Shown here: piece after piece, positions 1 to 9,985 of the stretch
Layout of the letters: each line of letters begins with the position of its first letter
How positions within the stretch are numbered: the stretch's first letter is position 1
Assembly: GCA_049975265.1 (NCBI GenBank)
Contig: JBNGDF010000014.1
Location: 5,507 to 64,406, forward strand
Length of the DNA: 58,900 nucleotides
From: Fidelibacterota bacterium
Lineage (GTDB): Bacteria > Fidelibacterota > UBA2242
Direction of reading: 5' to 3'
Program-made: the position numbers and the translations under genes
Notes under the pieces: generated by a model
The model's input: only the letters and a program-made list of their open reading frames with translations
Told to the model about the DNA's origin: nothing
Database searches by the model: none

Positions 1-99
1 ACCACGTAACTCCTTTGGTCGTTGATAATCCACCTGTTTTGACCCGCAGGCGAACAGGACCAGCAACAGTCCCGTACTGAAAAGTAACCGTGTTTTCAT
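1..99 (-). CDS. N-terminal fragment of a lipoprotein running off the window edge, possibly a GHL10/DUF187-type glycoside hydrolase
   Basis: Manual translation from ATG at 99: MKTRLLFSTGLLLVLFACGSKQVDYQRPKELRG; lipobox LFAC; ELRG resembles the E-x-R-G-x-W start of GHL10 domains. Not in the ORF track. Confidence 0.6.
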   Translation of the reverse strand, partial: MKTRLLFSTGLLLVLFACGSKQVDYQRPKELRG

Positions 100-116
100 T
101 TCAAAAGGAAAAAAGT

Positions 117-1127
117 TTAACGATATCCCTGCGGATTCTGCGATTGCCAGTGCCAGGTATCCCGGCACATCGCGTCAATATCACGCTCTGTTTGCCAACC
201 CAATTCCCGCAGTGCTTTTCCGGCATCAGCATAGCATTCGGCAATATCGCCCGGTCGGCGACTGACGATAGTGTAGGGAATTTTCTGTCCGGAAGCCTTT
301 TCGAAAGCGGCGATCATCTCCAAAACGCTATAGCCTTTACCGGTCCCCAGATTGTAAATATGGATACCTTTGTGTCCCGACAATTTCTTGAGCGCTTTGA
401 CATGCCCCGCCGCCAGATCAACAACATGAATATAATCCCGGACACCTGTGCCGTCACGAGTCGGGTAATCATTTCCAAACACCTGAAGTTCCCTGAGCTT
501 GCCCACCGCTACCTGACTGATAAAGGGCATCAGATTATTGGGAATACCGCGGGGGTCTTCACCAATCCGCCCGCTTTCATGAGCACCAACCGGATTAAAA
601 TAGCGCAACAGGATGACGTTCCAGTCATTATCGGAAGCATAGAGGTCTTTTAAGATTTCTTCAATAAACAGTTTCGTCCGTCCGTAGGGGTTATAGGCAT
701 GAGTGGGAAAATCCTCGGTTATCGGCACCTTTTCCGGTTCGCCGTATACCGTCGCCGATGAGCTGAAAACAATGGTCTTGACCCCCTGTTTCGACATCGC
801 CCGGCAGAGATTGAGCGTGCCACCGACATTATTCTCATAGTATCGCAAGGGAATCTTAACCGACTCACCCACCGCTTTCAATCCGGCAAAATGGATGACG
901 GCTTCGAACCGGTGTTCGGTGAACAACCTATCCAGCCGTTCCCTGTCAAGCAGGTCGATTTGAAGGAATTCGGGTTTTTTACCGGTGATGGCTTCGACCC
1001 GACGCAACGACTCCCGGCTGCTGTTGACCAGATTATCAATGACGACCACATCCACCCCGTTTTCCAGAAGCTCAACACAGGTATGACTGCCAATATATCC
1101 GGCACCACCGGTTACGAGAATTTTCAT
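117..1127 (-). CDS. galE: UDP-glucose 4-epimerase
   Basis: [18 protein letters not shown]-binding motif, [14 protein letters not shown] catalytic Yxxx[11 protein letters not shown]. Start taken at ATG 1127 rather than ORF start 1208. Confidence 0.97.
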   Translation of the reverse strand: MKILVTGGAGYIGSHTCVELLENGVDVVVIDNLVNSSRESLRRVEAITGKKPEFLQIDLLDRERLDRLFTEHRFEAVIHFAGLKAVGESVKIPLRYYENNVGGTLNLCRAMSKQGVKTIVFSSSATVYGEPEKVPITEDFPTHAYNPYGRTKLFIEEILKDLYASDNDWNVILLRYFNPVGAHESGRIGEDPRGIPNNLMPFISQVAVGKLRELQVFGNDYPTRDGTGVRDYIHVVDLAAGHVKALKKLSGHKGIHIYNLGTGKGYSVLEMIAAFEKASGQKIPYTIVSRRPGDIAECYADAGKALRELGWQTERDIDAMCRDTWHWQSQNPQGYR

Positions 1128-1211
1128 CCTGCCATCCTCACATTTTTCATGGAAAATATACGATCTTTCGGTGAAACTCCCAACTCCCGATTGATCCGAT
1201 TCAGACAAATG

Positions 1212-2600
1212 TCAAACATGAATCGCCCATCCTTCGACACCGCGGGCGGCTTCCATCACCCCCTCCGCCAGCGTTGGATGCGCATGGATCATTTCGGCGA
1301 TATTGTGCGGACGCAGACCGGCTTTTTTTGCCAGTAGAATTTCATGAATCAGTTCCGTGGCATCTTTACCAACAATATGAGCACCAAGGATTGCTTTCGA
1401 ATCTTGATCAAAGAGAATCTTGATCAGTCCGTCCGGCTCTTCCACGGCAACCGCTTTTCCGATTCCCCGGTAGGGAAAAACATATTTTTTATAATCGATA
1501 TTCAATGCTTTGGCACTTTTCTCATTCAGTCCGAAACTCGCCAGCGGTGGCTCGCAATAGACGGCACCCGGAATCAGCAGCGGATCAACTTTCGGTTCCG
1601 GTTTGAGACCCGCCATGTATTCAACGGCAATTTCACCCTCTTTCGACGCCACATGCGCTAGCAGTGGGGTATTAATTACGTCGCCAACGGCATAGACCGA
1701 TGGCACCCCGGTTCGATAATAGTCACCTACCTCAATGTATCCGCTTTTTGTTTTAATCCCCAGTTTCTCAAGTCCGAGATTCTCCGAATTCGGGGTGCGT
1801 CCAACCGCCACCAAAATTTTCTCCACTTCGATGGTCTGTTCACCCTGATCATTTTTAAGCAATATCTGAAGACCACCATCAGTTTTCTCCCGTATTTCGG
1901 CTTGCGTGGAAGTGTGGATACTGATTTTCCTTCGTTTAAACGCCCGCGTCACCACCGCTGTCGCTTCCGCATCCTCCAGCGGCAGAATCTGCTCCAAGAG
2001 CTCCACTAAATGGACCTCCACCCCAAAGGCATTCAGAATGTAGGCAAATTCAACCCCGATGGCACCGGCACCGAGAATCAGAATGCTTTTCGGCAATTGT
2101 TTCAGATTCAACAAATCGTATGACGACAGGATGGCTTTTCCGTCGAATTCAAATCCCCTGATGATCCGGGGGCGCGAACCGGTGGCAATCAGGATATTCT
2201 TTGCCGAATAATGGGCGCCATCATCTACACCGACCTCATGGAGACCGGTGATCTTTCCTGTACCCGGAATCAATGCGACGCTATTTTTCTTCAGCAGAAA
2301 TTCTACCCCCTTCGACAATCGGGTCGCAGCGATTCGTGACTTTTGATGAACATTGGCGTAGGTAAATCCGGCGGTGTTACATTCCACGCCCATTTCCTTT
2401 AAATCCGCAAGGCAGGCGAATTTCTGCGCCTGACTGATCAGCGATTTAGACGGAATGCAGCCCCAGTTGAGACAAACACCGCCGGGTTTGTCCTTCTCGA
2501 TAACCACCGTTTTCAAACCCAGTTGAGACGCCCGGATAGCGGCAACGTAGCCACCCGGTCCCGCGCCAATGATTATCAAATCGTAAGAATATCCACTCAT
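1212..2600 (-). CDS. lpdA: Dihydrolipoyl dehydrogenase (E3)
   Basis: GAGPGGYVAA FAD motif, GGVCLNWGCIPSK redox disulfide, GAGAIG NAD motif, HAHPTLAE; SD GGAGG upstream. Confidence 0.96.
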   Translation of the reverse strand: MSGYSYDLIIIGAGPGGYVAAIRASQLGLKTVVIEKDKPGGVCLNWGCIPSKSLISQAQKFACLADLKEMGVECNTAGFTYANVHQKSRIAATRLSKGVEFLLKKNSVALIPGTGKITGLHEVGVDDGAHYSAKNILIATGSRPRIIRGFEFDGKAILSSYDLLNLKQLPKSILILGAGAIGVEFAYILNAFGVEVHLVELLEQILPLEDAEATAVVTRAFKRRKISIHTSTQAEIREKTDGGLQILLKNDQGEQTIEVEKILVAVGRTPNSENLGLEKLGIKTKSGYIEVGDYYRTGVPSVYAVGDVINTPLLAHVASKEGEIAVEYMAGLKPEPKVDPLLIPGAVYCEPPLASFGLNEKSAKALNIDYKKYVFPYRGIGKAVAVEEPDGLIKILFDQDSKAILGAHIVGKDATELIHEILLAKKAGLRPHNIAEMIHAHPTLAEGVMEAARGVEGWAIHV

Positions 2601-2787
2601 CGCATCCTCCGGTTTACCATTCTCATATCACCCAATAAATTAGTCTGTGAGACGGTTGATACAAAGAGATTGTTTCGGTTGCAGATGGAAGCCTGTGTCT
2701 GTAAATTTGAGCGTACTATTTTTATCACAAAGCGATGTATCACTATTCATAAATATTCTCACTTCTTTCAGAAACAGGGAGTTTGTT

Positions 2788-3918
2788 GTGTCGAAATACC
2801 TTTTATATCAAATGATTTTTATCCTTCTTTGCGGATGCTTCAGCCTGGCAAAAACCCGGGGTCGGGTCAGAGATTTCGGAATCCGAATCGGTCATTATCC
2901 CACTGGAGAGTACAATGCGATCACCGATGTCCGGGGCGTCAGAGTCGGGCATTCGACCATTATCAGCGGCGAGAATATCCGCACCGGCGCGACGGCAATT
3001 TTACCCTACGATGGAAACATTTTCCAGAACAAAGTCCCGGCGGCAATAGTTATCGGCAACGGTTTCGGAAAAATGACCGGCTATAGTCAGGTGGAAGAGC
3101 TGGGGAATATTGAAACCCCGATCATTCTGACAAACACCCTCTCCGTACCCGTCGCCGCCGATGCGCTGATCGATTTCACCTTTTCATTTCAGGAAAATCA
3201 GGCGGTTCGTTCGGTCAATCCCATCGTGGGTGAAACCAACGACGGGCGGCTGAACGACATTCAGGGACGGCATGTGACCAAAGAGCATGTTTTAGCGGCG
3301 ATTAAAACCGCCGCTTCAGGACCGGTCACAGAGGGCTGTGCAGGCGCCGGTACCGGTACGATCTGTTTCGGGTACAAGGGCGGCATTGGCAGTGCTTCGC
3401 GAATATTACCCGAAGAAGACGGCGGCTATACCGTGGGCGTTCTGGTACAGACAAACTTTGGCGGCGATTTGACGGTTGCCGGAATTCCGGTCGGACATCT
3501 ATCATCAAAGCAAGACGGCGGTGGTTCCGGCGACGGCTCCTGTATGATCATTGTCGCCACCGATGCGCCACTCACGTCGCGAAATCTGAAACGGCTTGGC
3601 AAAAGAGCACTGTTCGGTCTGGCGAGAACTGGCGGCAACTGCTCAAACGGCAGCGGTGAATATGTAATCGCTTTCAGTACCTGTGAAGAGTTACGCGAAC
3701 CCTATCAGCGTGGCTCAGAATTTCTCCTGAATAACCGGGAGTTGCGTAACGACCGGATGACCCCGCTTTTCGAAGCAGTGATCGAAGCCACAGAAGAGGC
3801 GGTGTTAAATTCCCTGTTCCAAGCCGAAACCATGCGCGGCAAAGAGCGCTATACCGTTCCGGCACTACCGGTTCATGAAGTAGTTAAAATCCTGAAACAA
3901 CATGGCGTCATCAATTAG
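2788..3918 (+). CDS. P1/S58 family (DmpA-like) aminopeptidase with signal peptide
   Basis: NAITDVRGVRVGHST, GNGFGK, GETNDG, GAGTGT, FGYKGGIGSASR, DGSCMIIVATDAP autocleavage region. Probable GTG start at 2788 after AGGGAG. Confidence 0.9.
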   Translation: MSKYLLYQMIFILLCGCFSLAKTRGRVRDFGIRIGHYPTGEYNAITDVRGVRVGHSTIISGENIRTGATAILPYDGNIFQNKVPAAIVIGNGFGKMTGYSQVEELGNIETPIILTNTLSVPVAADALIDFTFSFQENQAVRSVNPIVGETNDGRLNDIQGRHVTKEHVLAAIKTAASGPVTEGCAGAGTGTICFGYKGGIGSASRILPEEDGGYTVGVLVQTNFGGDLTVAGIPVGHLSSKQDGGGSGDGSCMIIVATDAPLTSRNLKRLGKRALFGLARTGGNCSNGSGEYVIAFSTCEELREPYQRGSEFLLNNRELRNDRMTPLFEAVIEATEEAVLNSLFQAETMRGKERYTVPALPVHEVVKILKQHGVIN

Positions 3919-3947
3919 TTATTCAACACAAAAAGAGGTCAACTGAT

Positions 3948-4682
3948 ATGACCAAGAGACCTCTCATCGGCATTCTCGGCGGAATGGGCACCGCCGCCGG
4001 ACTCTACTTTCAACATCTCTTTTTCCAAATCTGCAGTGCAAACGGTCTGTCCGGTGATCAGGACTACCCCGAGTGGCTGTATCTGAATGCGAGTCAGGCG
4101 CCCGACCGAACCGCCGCAATTCACCAAAAAGGTCCCTCTCCGGTCCCCTACCTGGTCCGTTGTCTGAAAAGGATGCAAGCCGCCGGTGTCGAAGCCGTGG
4201 TCGTCCCATGCAACGCGGCACATGCCTTTTATGAGGAGATTATCGCCGAGGTTGAGATCCCCTGGATCCACCTGCTGAACGAAACGGTAAGCGAGGTTCG
4301 CCGTTGTGACATTGAACAGATTGGTATCATAGGTACAACCGGCACACTGACCAGCGGTCTCTATCAACGAGCTCTTGCAGCAAAAGGTATTGAAGCTGTC
4401 GAGCCGGCTCCGGATTCCAAGCTGCAGTCAAAAATAATGTCCGTCATCTACGACCCTGAATTCGGAGTTAAGTTCACCGGAACAACCACCAGTGAAAAAG
4501 CCCGGCTGTTGTTGCAGGAAGTCATTATCGAACTAAACACCGACGCAATTATTCTCGGCTGTACCGAATTGTCGGTAGCGGCTGACGGTCTCGAACCGGG
4601 CATTCGCCTTTTCGACCCCCTGGATATTGCCGCTCGGGTTCTGTTCGAAGTCTGGCAGGGCGTACATCCGCTAAAAAAATAA
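3948..4682 (+). CDS. Aspartate/amino-acid racemase (PLP-independent)
   Basis: IGILGGMG, PDRT, PCNAAH and ILGCTEL two-cysteine motifs. Confidence 0.92.
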   Translation: MTKRPLIGILGGMGTAAGLYFQHLFFQICSANGLSGDQDYPEWLYLNASQAPDRTAAIHQKGPSPVPYLVRCLKRMQAAGVEAVVVPCNAAHAFYEEIIAEVEIPWIHLLNETVSEVRRCDIEQIGIIGTTGTLTSGLYQRALAAKGIEAVEPAPDSKLQSKIMSVIYDPEFGVKFTGTTTSEKARLLLQEVIIELNTDAIILGCTELSVAADGLEPGIRLFDPLDIAARVLFEVWQGVHPLKK

Positions 4683-4683
4683 G

Positions 4684-4712
4684 TTGCTCATCAGAATATT
4701 TTCCTTTATTCT
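4684..4712 (+). promoter_or_regulatory. Putative sigma70 promoter for grx-FTR
   Basis: TTGCTC-17 nt-TATTCT, 25 nt upstream of ATG 4738. Confidence 0.55.
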
Positions 4713-4737
4713 TTAGCAATGGTTATGGAGATTGCCA

Positions 4738-4989
4738 ATGGATAAAAAAATCAAGATGTACACCCTCAGCACCTGCATTTACTGTCAAAATGCCAAAGCC
4801 TGGTTCACGAAGACGAACATCGACTTCGACTTTACTGATGTTGACCTTCTCCATGAACAGGAAAAATTCACCATCCTGAAAGAAATCAAAGAAAAAACCG
4901 GGTCGGTCTCATTCCCGACAATACTGATCGGTGACAGGGTCATCAAAGGGTATCATCCGGAAAAATACAAAGAGGCACTGGAGCGATGA
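4738..4989 (+). CDS. Glutaredoxin/NrdH-like redoxin
   Basis: YTLSTCIYC CxxC motif, SFPTILIG cis-Pro motif; GGAG SD; ATGA overlap with the next gene. Confidence 0.9.
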   Translation: MDKKIKMYTLSTCIYCQNAKAWFTKTNIDFDFTDVDLLHEQEKFTILKEIKEKTGSVSFPTILIGDRVIKGYHPEKYKEALER

Positions 4990-5324
4990 CTGTCGAAGAA
5001 CTATATCAAGTGATGCGCAAAGTCCAGGAACCAAAGGGGTACTATTTCAACCGCTATACAGAGCACACATTTCGGCTGCTGGAATCGCTGCTGATCAACA
5101 AGGAACGGTACGGCTTTATGGCATGTCCCTGCCGCCTGGCATCGAATGACCGGGAATGGGACCGGGACATCATCTGTCCCTGCGTATATCGTGAACCGGA
5201 CGTGCGGGAATTCGGCAAGTGCTTCTGCGGGCTCTACGTCTCCAAAGAGTGGAATGAAGGTAAAATTGGAGACCGGTTTGTCCCCGATCGTCGTCCGGAG
5301 GAGAAAATCTGGGGCAAAATGTAA
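4986..5324 (+). CDS. Ferredoxin-thioredoxin reductase catalytic-subunit-like protein
   Basis: CPCRL, ICPC and CFCGLY motifs of the FTR beta-chain family. Confidence 0.93.
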   Translation: MTVEELYQVMRKVQEPKGYYFNRYTEHTFRLLESLLINKERYGFMACPCRLASNDREWDRDIICPCVYREPDVREFGKCFCGLYVSKEWNEGKIGDRFVPDRRPEEKIWGKM

Positions 5325-5449
5325 CGTGCTCCAACCTTTTTTACATTTACGAAAAAAAAAATTCCTACTTTTTTAAGTATTCTCAGCCTATTTGTAGTAA
5401 AGTCCGGCGGTTTCAGCATTTTTATTAATCCCGCAACCCGACTTTGCAA

Positions 5450-5478
5450 TTGCCTGAACATTGAAATATGGTTATATT
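5450..5478 (+). promoter_or_regulatory. Putative sigma70 promoter for the ppiD-like gene
   Basis: TTGCCT-17 nt-TATATT. Confidence 0.55.
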
Positions 5479-5533
5479 TAACGTCAGTCAAAATGACGGT
5501 TTATGATTAGAAATTTGGAGGTCGAATAGAATT

Positions 5534-7357
5534 ATGGCAATGATGAAACGGTTACGGGACAACACCCACATTATCTTGTGGGCTCTCCTGATAATGTTTG
5601 TACTGAGTATGACCATCGGTGGCTTGGTCGGTGGTGCCGATATCACCGATCTTTTCTCCAAAAGCCGACGACTGCAGGGCAAAGCCGGGATTGTGAACGG
5701 CAATGAGCTGGACGGCATGTACTATTCACGGTTGTTACAACAACAACTGGATGAATACCGCGAAAACGGGCAGGAGATTACCGAGGCGCTCGTAGAGAAT
5801 GTCGGTGATCAGATCTGGCAATCCTTCATTAATGAGACCCTGATTGATGAAGAGATCAAACGCCTCAATCTCGAAGTTACCAGTTCCGAGTTGTATGAAT
5901 ACCTTATGCAATATCCGCCGGAATTTTTAACCAGCCAGGAAGTTTTTCAGACCGACGGTGAATTTGATCGTCAAAAATATATCAACGCCCTGACCAATGT
6001 TCAGGGTGACGAATGGTTGAATATCGAGCAGTACCTTTTTAGTATGTTGCGGTTTCAGAAAATCCAGCTCCTGATCGAAAATCTGCCGGTCATTTCGGAA
6101 TCCGAGGTCCGCGAGGAATATATTCGCACAAAGGTACCGTTTACCCTGGAGACCCTCTTATTTCCGTTTTCGATGGTTGCAACCGATTCAGTCGACATCA
6201 CTGAAGCGGAAATCGAAGCATATTACAGCGAACATAAAGAGGATTACTTCGTCAAAGAGAGCCGGGAAATGGATTATGTCTTTTTTGAAATCAAACCATC
6301 CCGGGACGATTCGCTGGCACGTTATGAATTGGCACTGGAACTGAAAAAACGAATTCTCAACGGTGAAGCCTTTGAAACGGTGGCGGCTGAATTTACCGAA
6401 GACCCCAGCGGAAAAAACAGCGGTGGCGATTTGGGCTGGTTCGACCGAAATCAGATGGTCGCCCCCTTTTCAGATGCTGCGTTCCGTCTGAAAAAAGGCG
6501 CGGTTTCCGATCCTGTCCTGACCCAATTCGGTTACCATTTGATAAAAGTAGAAGACAAACGCACTCAGAAGGGTCAACCGCAGGTCAAAGCCCGGCATAT
6601 CCTGCTGAAAATCGAACCCGGTCCGGAGACACTCTCGAAAATTCGATCCCGTGCCAGCCTGTTTGCCTTTGATGCCGCCGATATCGGCTTTCAGGCAGCC
6701 GCAGACAGTCACCGTGTCGTCGTGAAATCCACGGATAAACTCCAAAAGGATAACAGCTATATTCGTGGTCTCGGCTCCTTTAAACAGGCTGTCCAGTTTG
6801 CCTTTTCCGATCATCCTGTCGGCACGGTTTCAGAGCTGCTGGGCTCCGACAACGGCTATGCGGTTTTCCAACTCACCACCATCCATCCCGAACATTACAA
6901 GCCTATAGCCGATGTTCGTGAAACCATCAGATTGACTCTGATAAGCGAAAAACGGGTCGAACAGTTGAAGGAAAAAGCGGACGAAGTTGTCAGGGAATTG
7001 CATGCCGGCGCTGAATTCCGGTCACTGGCGCAACCGGAAGATGGGATCAGATATGACCTGCATCAAGACATTTTACTCAATAAAAATTTAAAAGGCATTT
7101 CTCTCAGCAACAGCATTGTTGGTGCGGTTCTCGCTATGCAGGACGGACAGATTTCGGACCCGATCCGGGTTGGAAGACAGTATGTCATCGTCAAGCGGGT
7201 ATCCGCCGCACCGATCGACGAAGATGATTACGCTGTGGAAAAAGAACTGATCCGCGACCGCATGCTGAAAAGTGCGCGCACAAGTTATTACAATGCCTGG
7301 CTGGCGGAGCTGCAAGATGACGCCAAAATCATCGATAACCGGGAGAATATGTTTTAA
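5534..7357 (+). CDS. PpiD-like membrane-anchored parvulin peptidyl-prolyl isomerase/chaperone
   Basis: N-terminal TM anchor, SurA-N-like region, parvulin motif SGKNSGGDLGWF...TQFGYHLIKV and ARHILLK. Confidence 0.88.
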   Translation: MAMMKRLRDNTHIILWALLIMFVLSMTIGGLVGGADITDLFSKSRRLQGKAGIVNGNELDGMYYSRLLQQQLDEYRENGQEITEALVENVGDQIWQSFINETLIDEEIKRLNLEVTSSELYEYLMQYPPEFLTSQEVFQTDGEFDRQKYINALTNVQGDEWLNIEQYLFSMLRFQKIQLLIENLPVISESEVREEYIRTKVPFTLETLLFPFSMVATDSVDITEAEIEAYYSEHKEDYFVKESREMDYVFFEIKPSRDDSLARYELALELKKRILNGEAFETVAAEFTEDPSGKNSGGDLGWFDRNQMVAPFSDAAFRLKKGAVSDPVLTQFGYHLIKVEDKRTQKGQPQVKARHILLKIEPGPETLSKIRSRASLFAFDAADIGFQAAADSHRVVVKSTDKLQKDNSYIRGLGSFKQAVQFAFSDHPVGTVSELLGSDNGYAVFQLTTIHPEHYKPIADVRETIRLTLISEKRVEQLKEKADEVVRELHAGAEFRSLAQPEDGIRYDLHQDILLNKNLKGISLSNSIVGAVLAMQDGQISDPIRVGRQYVIVKRVSAAPIDEDDYAVEKELIRDRMLKSARTSYYNAWLAELQDDAKIIDNRENMF

Positions 7358-7408
7358 TTCAGATTAGTCAGCATACCATCTGTCAACGAATAAACAATTG
7401 AGTCGAAT

Positions 7409-7437
7409 AAAAGGCAGTCTGAAACGGCTGCCTTTTT
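7409..7437. terminator. Bidirectional intrinsic terminator
   Basis: AAAAGGCAGTC-TGAAAC-GGCTGCCTTTTT between convergent genes. Confidence 0.85.
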
Positions 7438-7488
7438 CATTGGAATTAAGAAAAAAAATTCTGAAATGTAATCCCGGAATTTACACCG

Positions 7489-8526
7489 TTACAACAAAAA
7501 TCGCCGCACCAGTTTATCCGCCAGGTCTGCCACCTCCGGTTCTCTCCGGTTGGTCAGGATAATTACCGTAAATTGATCATCGGGAAAGCGCTGGATGACA
7601 TTCCGGAATCCGCAGGTACTGCCGGTGTGATGTAGACGGCGGTGTCCTAGGTACTCGTCAATACGCCAGCCGAAGCCGTAATTTTCCAGCATCGGCGTGA
7701 AGGCACGTGTCAGACTCTCTCTGCTTACCAGCGTTTCCGTATACAATGCCTGATCCCACATAAACAGATCATTCAGAGAACTGTAAATTCCGCCATCACC
7801 CAACACGGCGCTGGTGATGCTCTGATCCGAAAAAACAACCGAATCCGTTTCCACATGGTACCCGAAAGCTCGATTCGGGACGCTGGAAATGCCCTTTTCA
7901 TAAGCGACGGTATTCAGCATTCTTAAAGGATGAAAAATCTCGTCTTCAAGAAATTCGGCGTACCTTTTCCCCGTTTTTTCTTCAACGATCATAGCCAGTA
8001 CGGCATAACCGGAATTGCTGTAGCGATACTCCGTTCCCGGCACAAAATAGGTGCTGTCCACCGTCATCATCATCTGCAGCACATCGCTGTCCCGCACCGG
8101 AATGGTGGCAGTATCGGGAATCAAATCTTCATAGTCAATCAATCCGGAGCGGTGCTGTAACAAATACTCAATGGTAATTACTTCGCCATATTCGGGAAAT
8201 TCCGGAAAAATATTCGCCAGTGTTTCCGCGTAGCTCAATTTACCGGATTCCACCAATTTCATGATCGCCATCGCCGTAAATTGCTTGGAGACCGACGCCA
8301 GGCGAAAGTTGGTCGCACTGCTTACGGGAATCTGCCGTTCGAGGTCAGCCATTCCGTAACCTTTTTGGAAAAGAATTGCACCGTGATCGATAATCATCAC
8401 TGCTGCACCGGGCACCTTCTGACCGGTGTAATCCCGAAAAAGTCTGTCTGCAAATCTATCCGTGCTGCAGGATAATAATCCAATCACCGTCACAAAAGCC
8501 GGTACAAGACATAATATTTTCTGCAT
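7489..8526 (-). CDS. Serine hydrolase, beta-lactamase class C/AmpC-like family, probable lipoprotein
   Basis: ASVSK (SxxK), LLQHRSGL, YSN, HTG; lipobox LLSC. Confidence 0.9.
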   Translation of the reverse strand: MQKILCLVPAFVTVIGLLSCSTDRFADRLFRDYTGQKVPGAAVMIIDHGAILFQKGYGMADLERQIPVSSATNFRLASVSKQFTAMAIMKLVESGKLSYAETLANIFPEFPEYGEVITIEYLLQHRSGLIDYEDLIPDTATIPVRDSDVLQMMMTVDSTYFVPGTEYRYSNSGYAVLAMIVEEKTGKRYAEFLEDEIFHPLRMLNTVAYEKGISSVPNRAFGYHVETDSVVFSDQSITSAVLGDGGIYSSLNDLFMWDQALYTETLVSRESLTRAFTPMLENYGFGWRIDEYLGHRRLHHTGSTCGFRNVIQRFPDDQFTVIILTNRREPEVADLADKLVRRFLL

Positions 8527-8612
8527 ATTTTCCCCTCATCTTTATATCAACATCCAAACTGCCCTGTCAGTCCAAATCACTCTTAATCCGCTGATAAACG
8601 ACGGCTATTGCA

Positions 8613-9386
8613 TTACTGACGGCGCTTGCTGAATCCCGGAATGGCGATATGTTTGAGCAGAATGATCAGCAGAATGAGCCCCGCGATGAAGATTCCCATA
8701 GACGTGAACTGAGCACTGCTCAGTCCCCAGGCGACTTTCGGGTTGACCCGGATAAATTCCAGTAAAAAACGTTCCAGCCCGGCAATCATGAGATAAATGG
8801 CAAAGGTCGTTCCGGGCGTTTTCAGGTGCGGTCTGACAAATTTCACCAATACAAAAAACATGGTAAAATTGATGATCATTTCGTACAGCTGGGTTGGGTG
8901 TACCGGATAATCCGCCGGGGGTGAAGCATGGGGAAAGGTTACTGCCCAGGGAAGATCGCAGGCTATGCCGTGACAGCAGCCGGCAAAAAAACAGCCGATC
9001 CGACCAATCCCCTGCCCAACCAGCAGAACAGGACCAATGATATCGGCATATTTGCCGAGTGGTTTTTTGGCATGCCGTATCACCAGAATAACCGCGATTG
9101 TGCCGCCGATCAGTCCACCGTGAAATACAAGACCGGCGCCCGAAAAGATCATTCCCAGCGGATCCTGTAAAAAATCCCGGTAAAATTCGACCATATAGAA
9201 GATTTTGGCGCCTACAATTCCACCGATTGCACCCCAAAAAATGATATTGCTGGCGATTTCCGGATCGTCGCCGCGCTTTTTAATCTCATATCTCAGGATC
9301 AGATAACATACCAAAAACGCCGTCGCCATCATAAAACCGTAAGTATAGATCGTCAGCGGTCCGATATGAAGCAGTTCAGGATGCAT
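8613..9386 (-). CDS. lgt: Prolipoprotein diacylglyceryl transferase
   Basis: MHPELLHIGPLTIYTYG, FHGGLIGG, GRIGCF, HPTQLYE, RFLLEFIR. Confidence 0.95.
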   Translation of the reverse strand: MHPELLHIGPLTIYTYGFMMATAFLVCYLILRYEIKKRGDDPEIASNIIFWGAIGGIVGAKIFYMVEFYRDFLQDPLGMIFSGAGLVFHGGLIGGTIAVILVIRHAKKPLGKYADIIGPVLLVGQGIGRIGCFFAGCCHGIACDLPWAVTFPHASPPADYPVHPTQLYEMIINFTMFFVLVKFVRPHLKTPGTTFAIYLMIAGLERFLLEFIRVNPKVAWGLSSAQFTSMGIFIAGLILLIILLKHIAIPGFSKRRQ

Positions 9387-9389
9387 TTT

Positions 9390-9977
9390 TTATTCCTTAC
9401 TGTTAAAACCGTTAAAATGAACAATAGCCTCGACAGTCCTTTTGGGAACATGCAGTCTGCCGTCGCTGTCTTGCCAGTATCTCACCGTTTCATCGCTGGC
9501 TTCCAGTTGGGGTGTTTCCGCCGGATAACCCAGAGCAACCACCGTGTCGATGGTATATTTTTCCGGGATGTGATAAAACGACCGCAGCGTCTCACGATCC
9601 ACCGATGCAAGCCAGCAACTGCCGATCCCGTATGACCAGGCAGCCAGCATAAAATTTTCAACCGCCGCACCGACGTCGTGATACTTCCATGTTTCTCCGA
9701 TTTCTTCATCGATGAGCACAATTAAATAGGCGGTGGGATGCTGACCCGGTTTAGGATCACCGTGCGGCTGAATGTATCCCGCCCAGCGCAGCAGCGGAAA
9801 GATCATACCTACCTGTTCCCTCTCCGTGACCAGAATGTAGCGCAACGGTTGCCGATTCGCCGCCGAAGGGGCTACCCGTGCAGCATCAATACAATCCAGT
9901 AAAATATTTTTATCAATCGCTTTCGACTGAAACTGGCGGATTGAACGTCGCGATTTGATCAGTTCAACAAGATCCAT
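9390..9977 (-). CDS. Nitroreductase family protein
   Basis: RRSIRQF, APSAANRQP, GIGSCW, ALGYP, VPKR. Confidence 0.92.
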   Translation of the reverse strand: MDLVELIKSRRSIRQFQSKAIDKNILLDCIDAARVAPSAANRQPLRYILVTEREQVGMIFPLLRWAGYIQPHGDPKPGQHPTAYLIVLIDEEIGETWKYHDVGAAVENFMLAAWSYGIGSCWLASVDRETLRSFYHIPEKYTIDTVVALGYPAETPQLEASDETVRYWQDSDGRLHVPKRTVEAIVHFNGFNSKE

Positions 9978-9985
9978 GCAAATTC

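Noticed and set aside
4738..5324. Selenocysteine recoding in the redox genes
   Set aside because: All motif cysteines are TGC/TGT; the redoxin TGA is a normal stop overlapping the next ATG.
5399..5445. Possible hairpin AAAGTC-CG-GCGG...CCGC-AACCC-GACTTT between FTR and ppiD
   Set aside because: Weak, large loop, no U-tract or known motif; not enough to call an RNA element.
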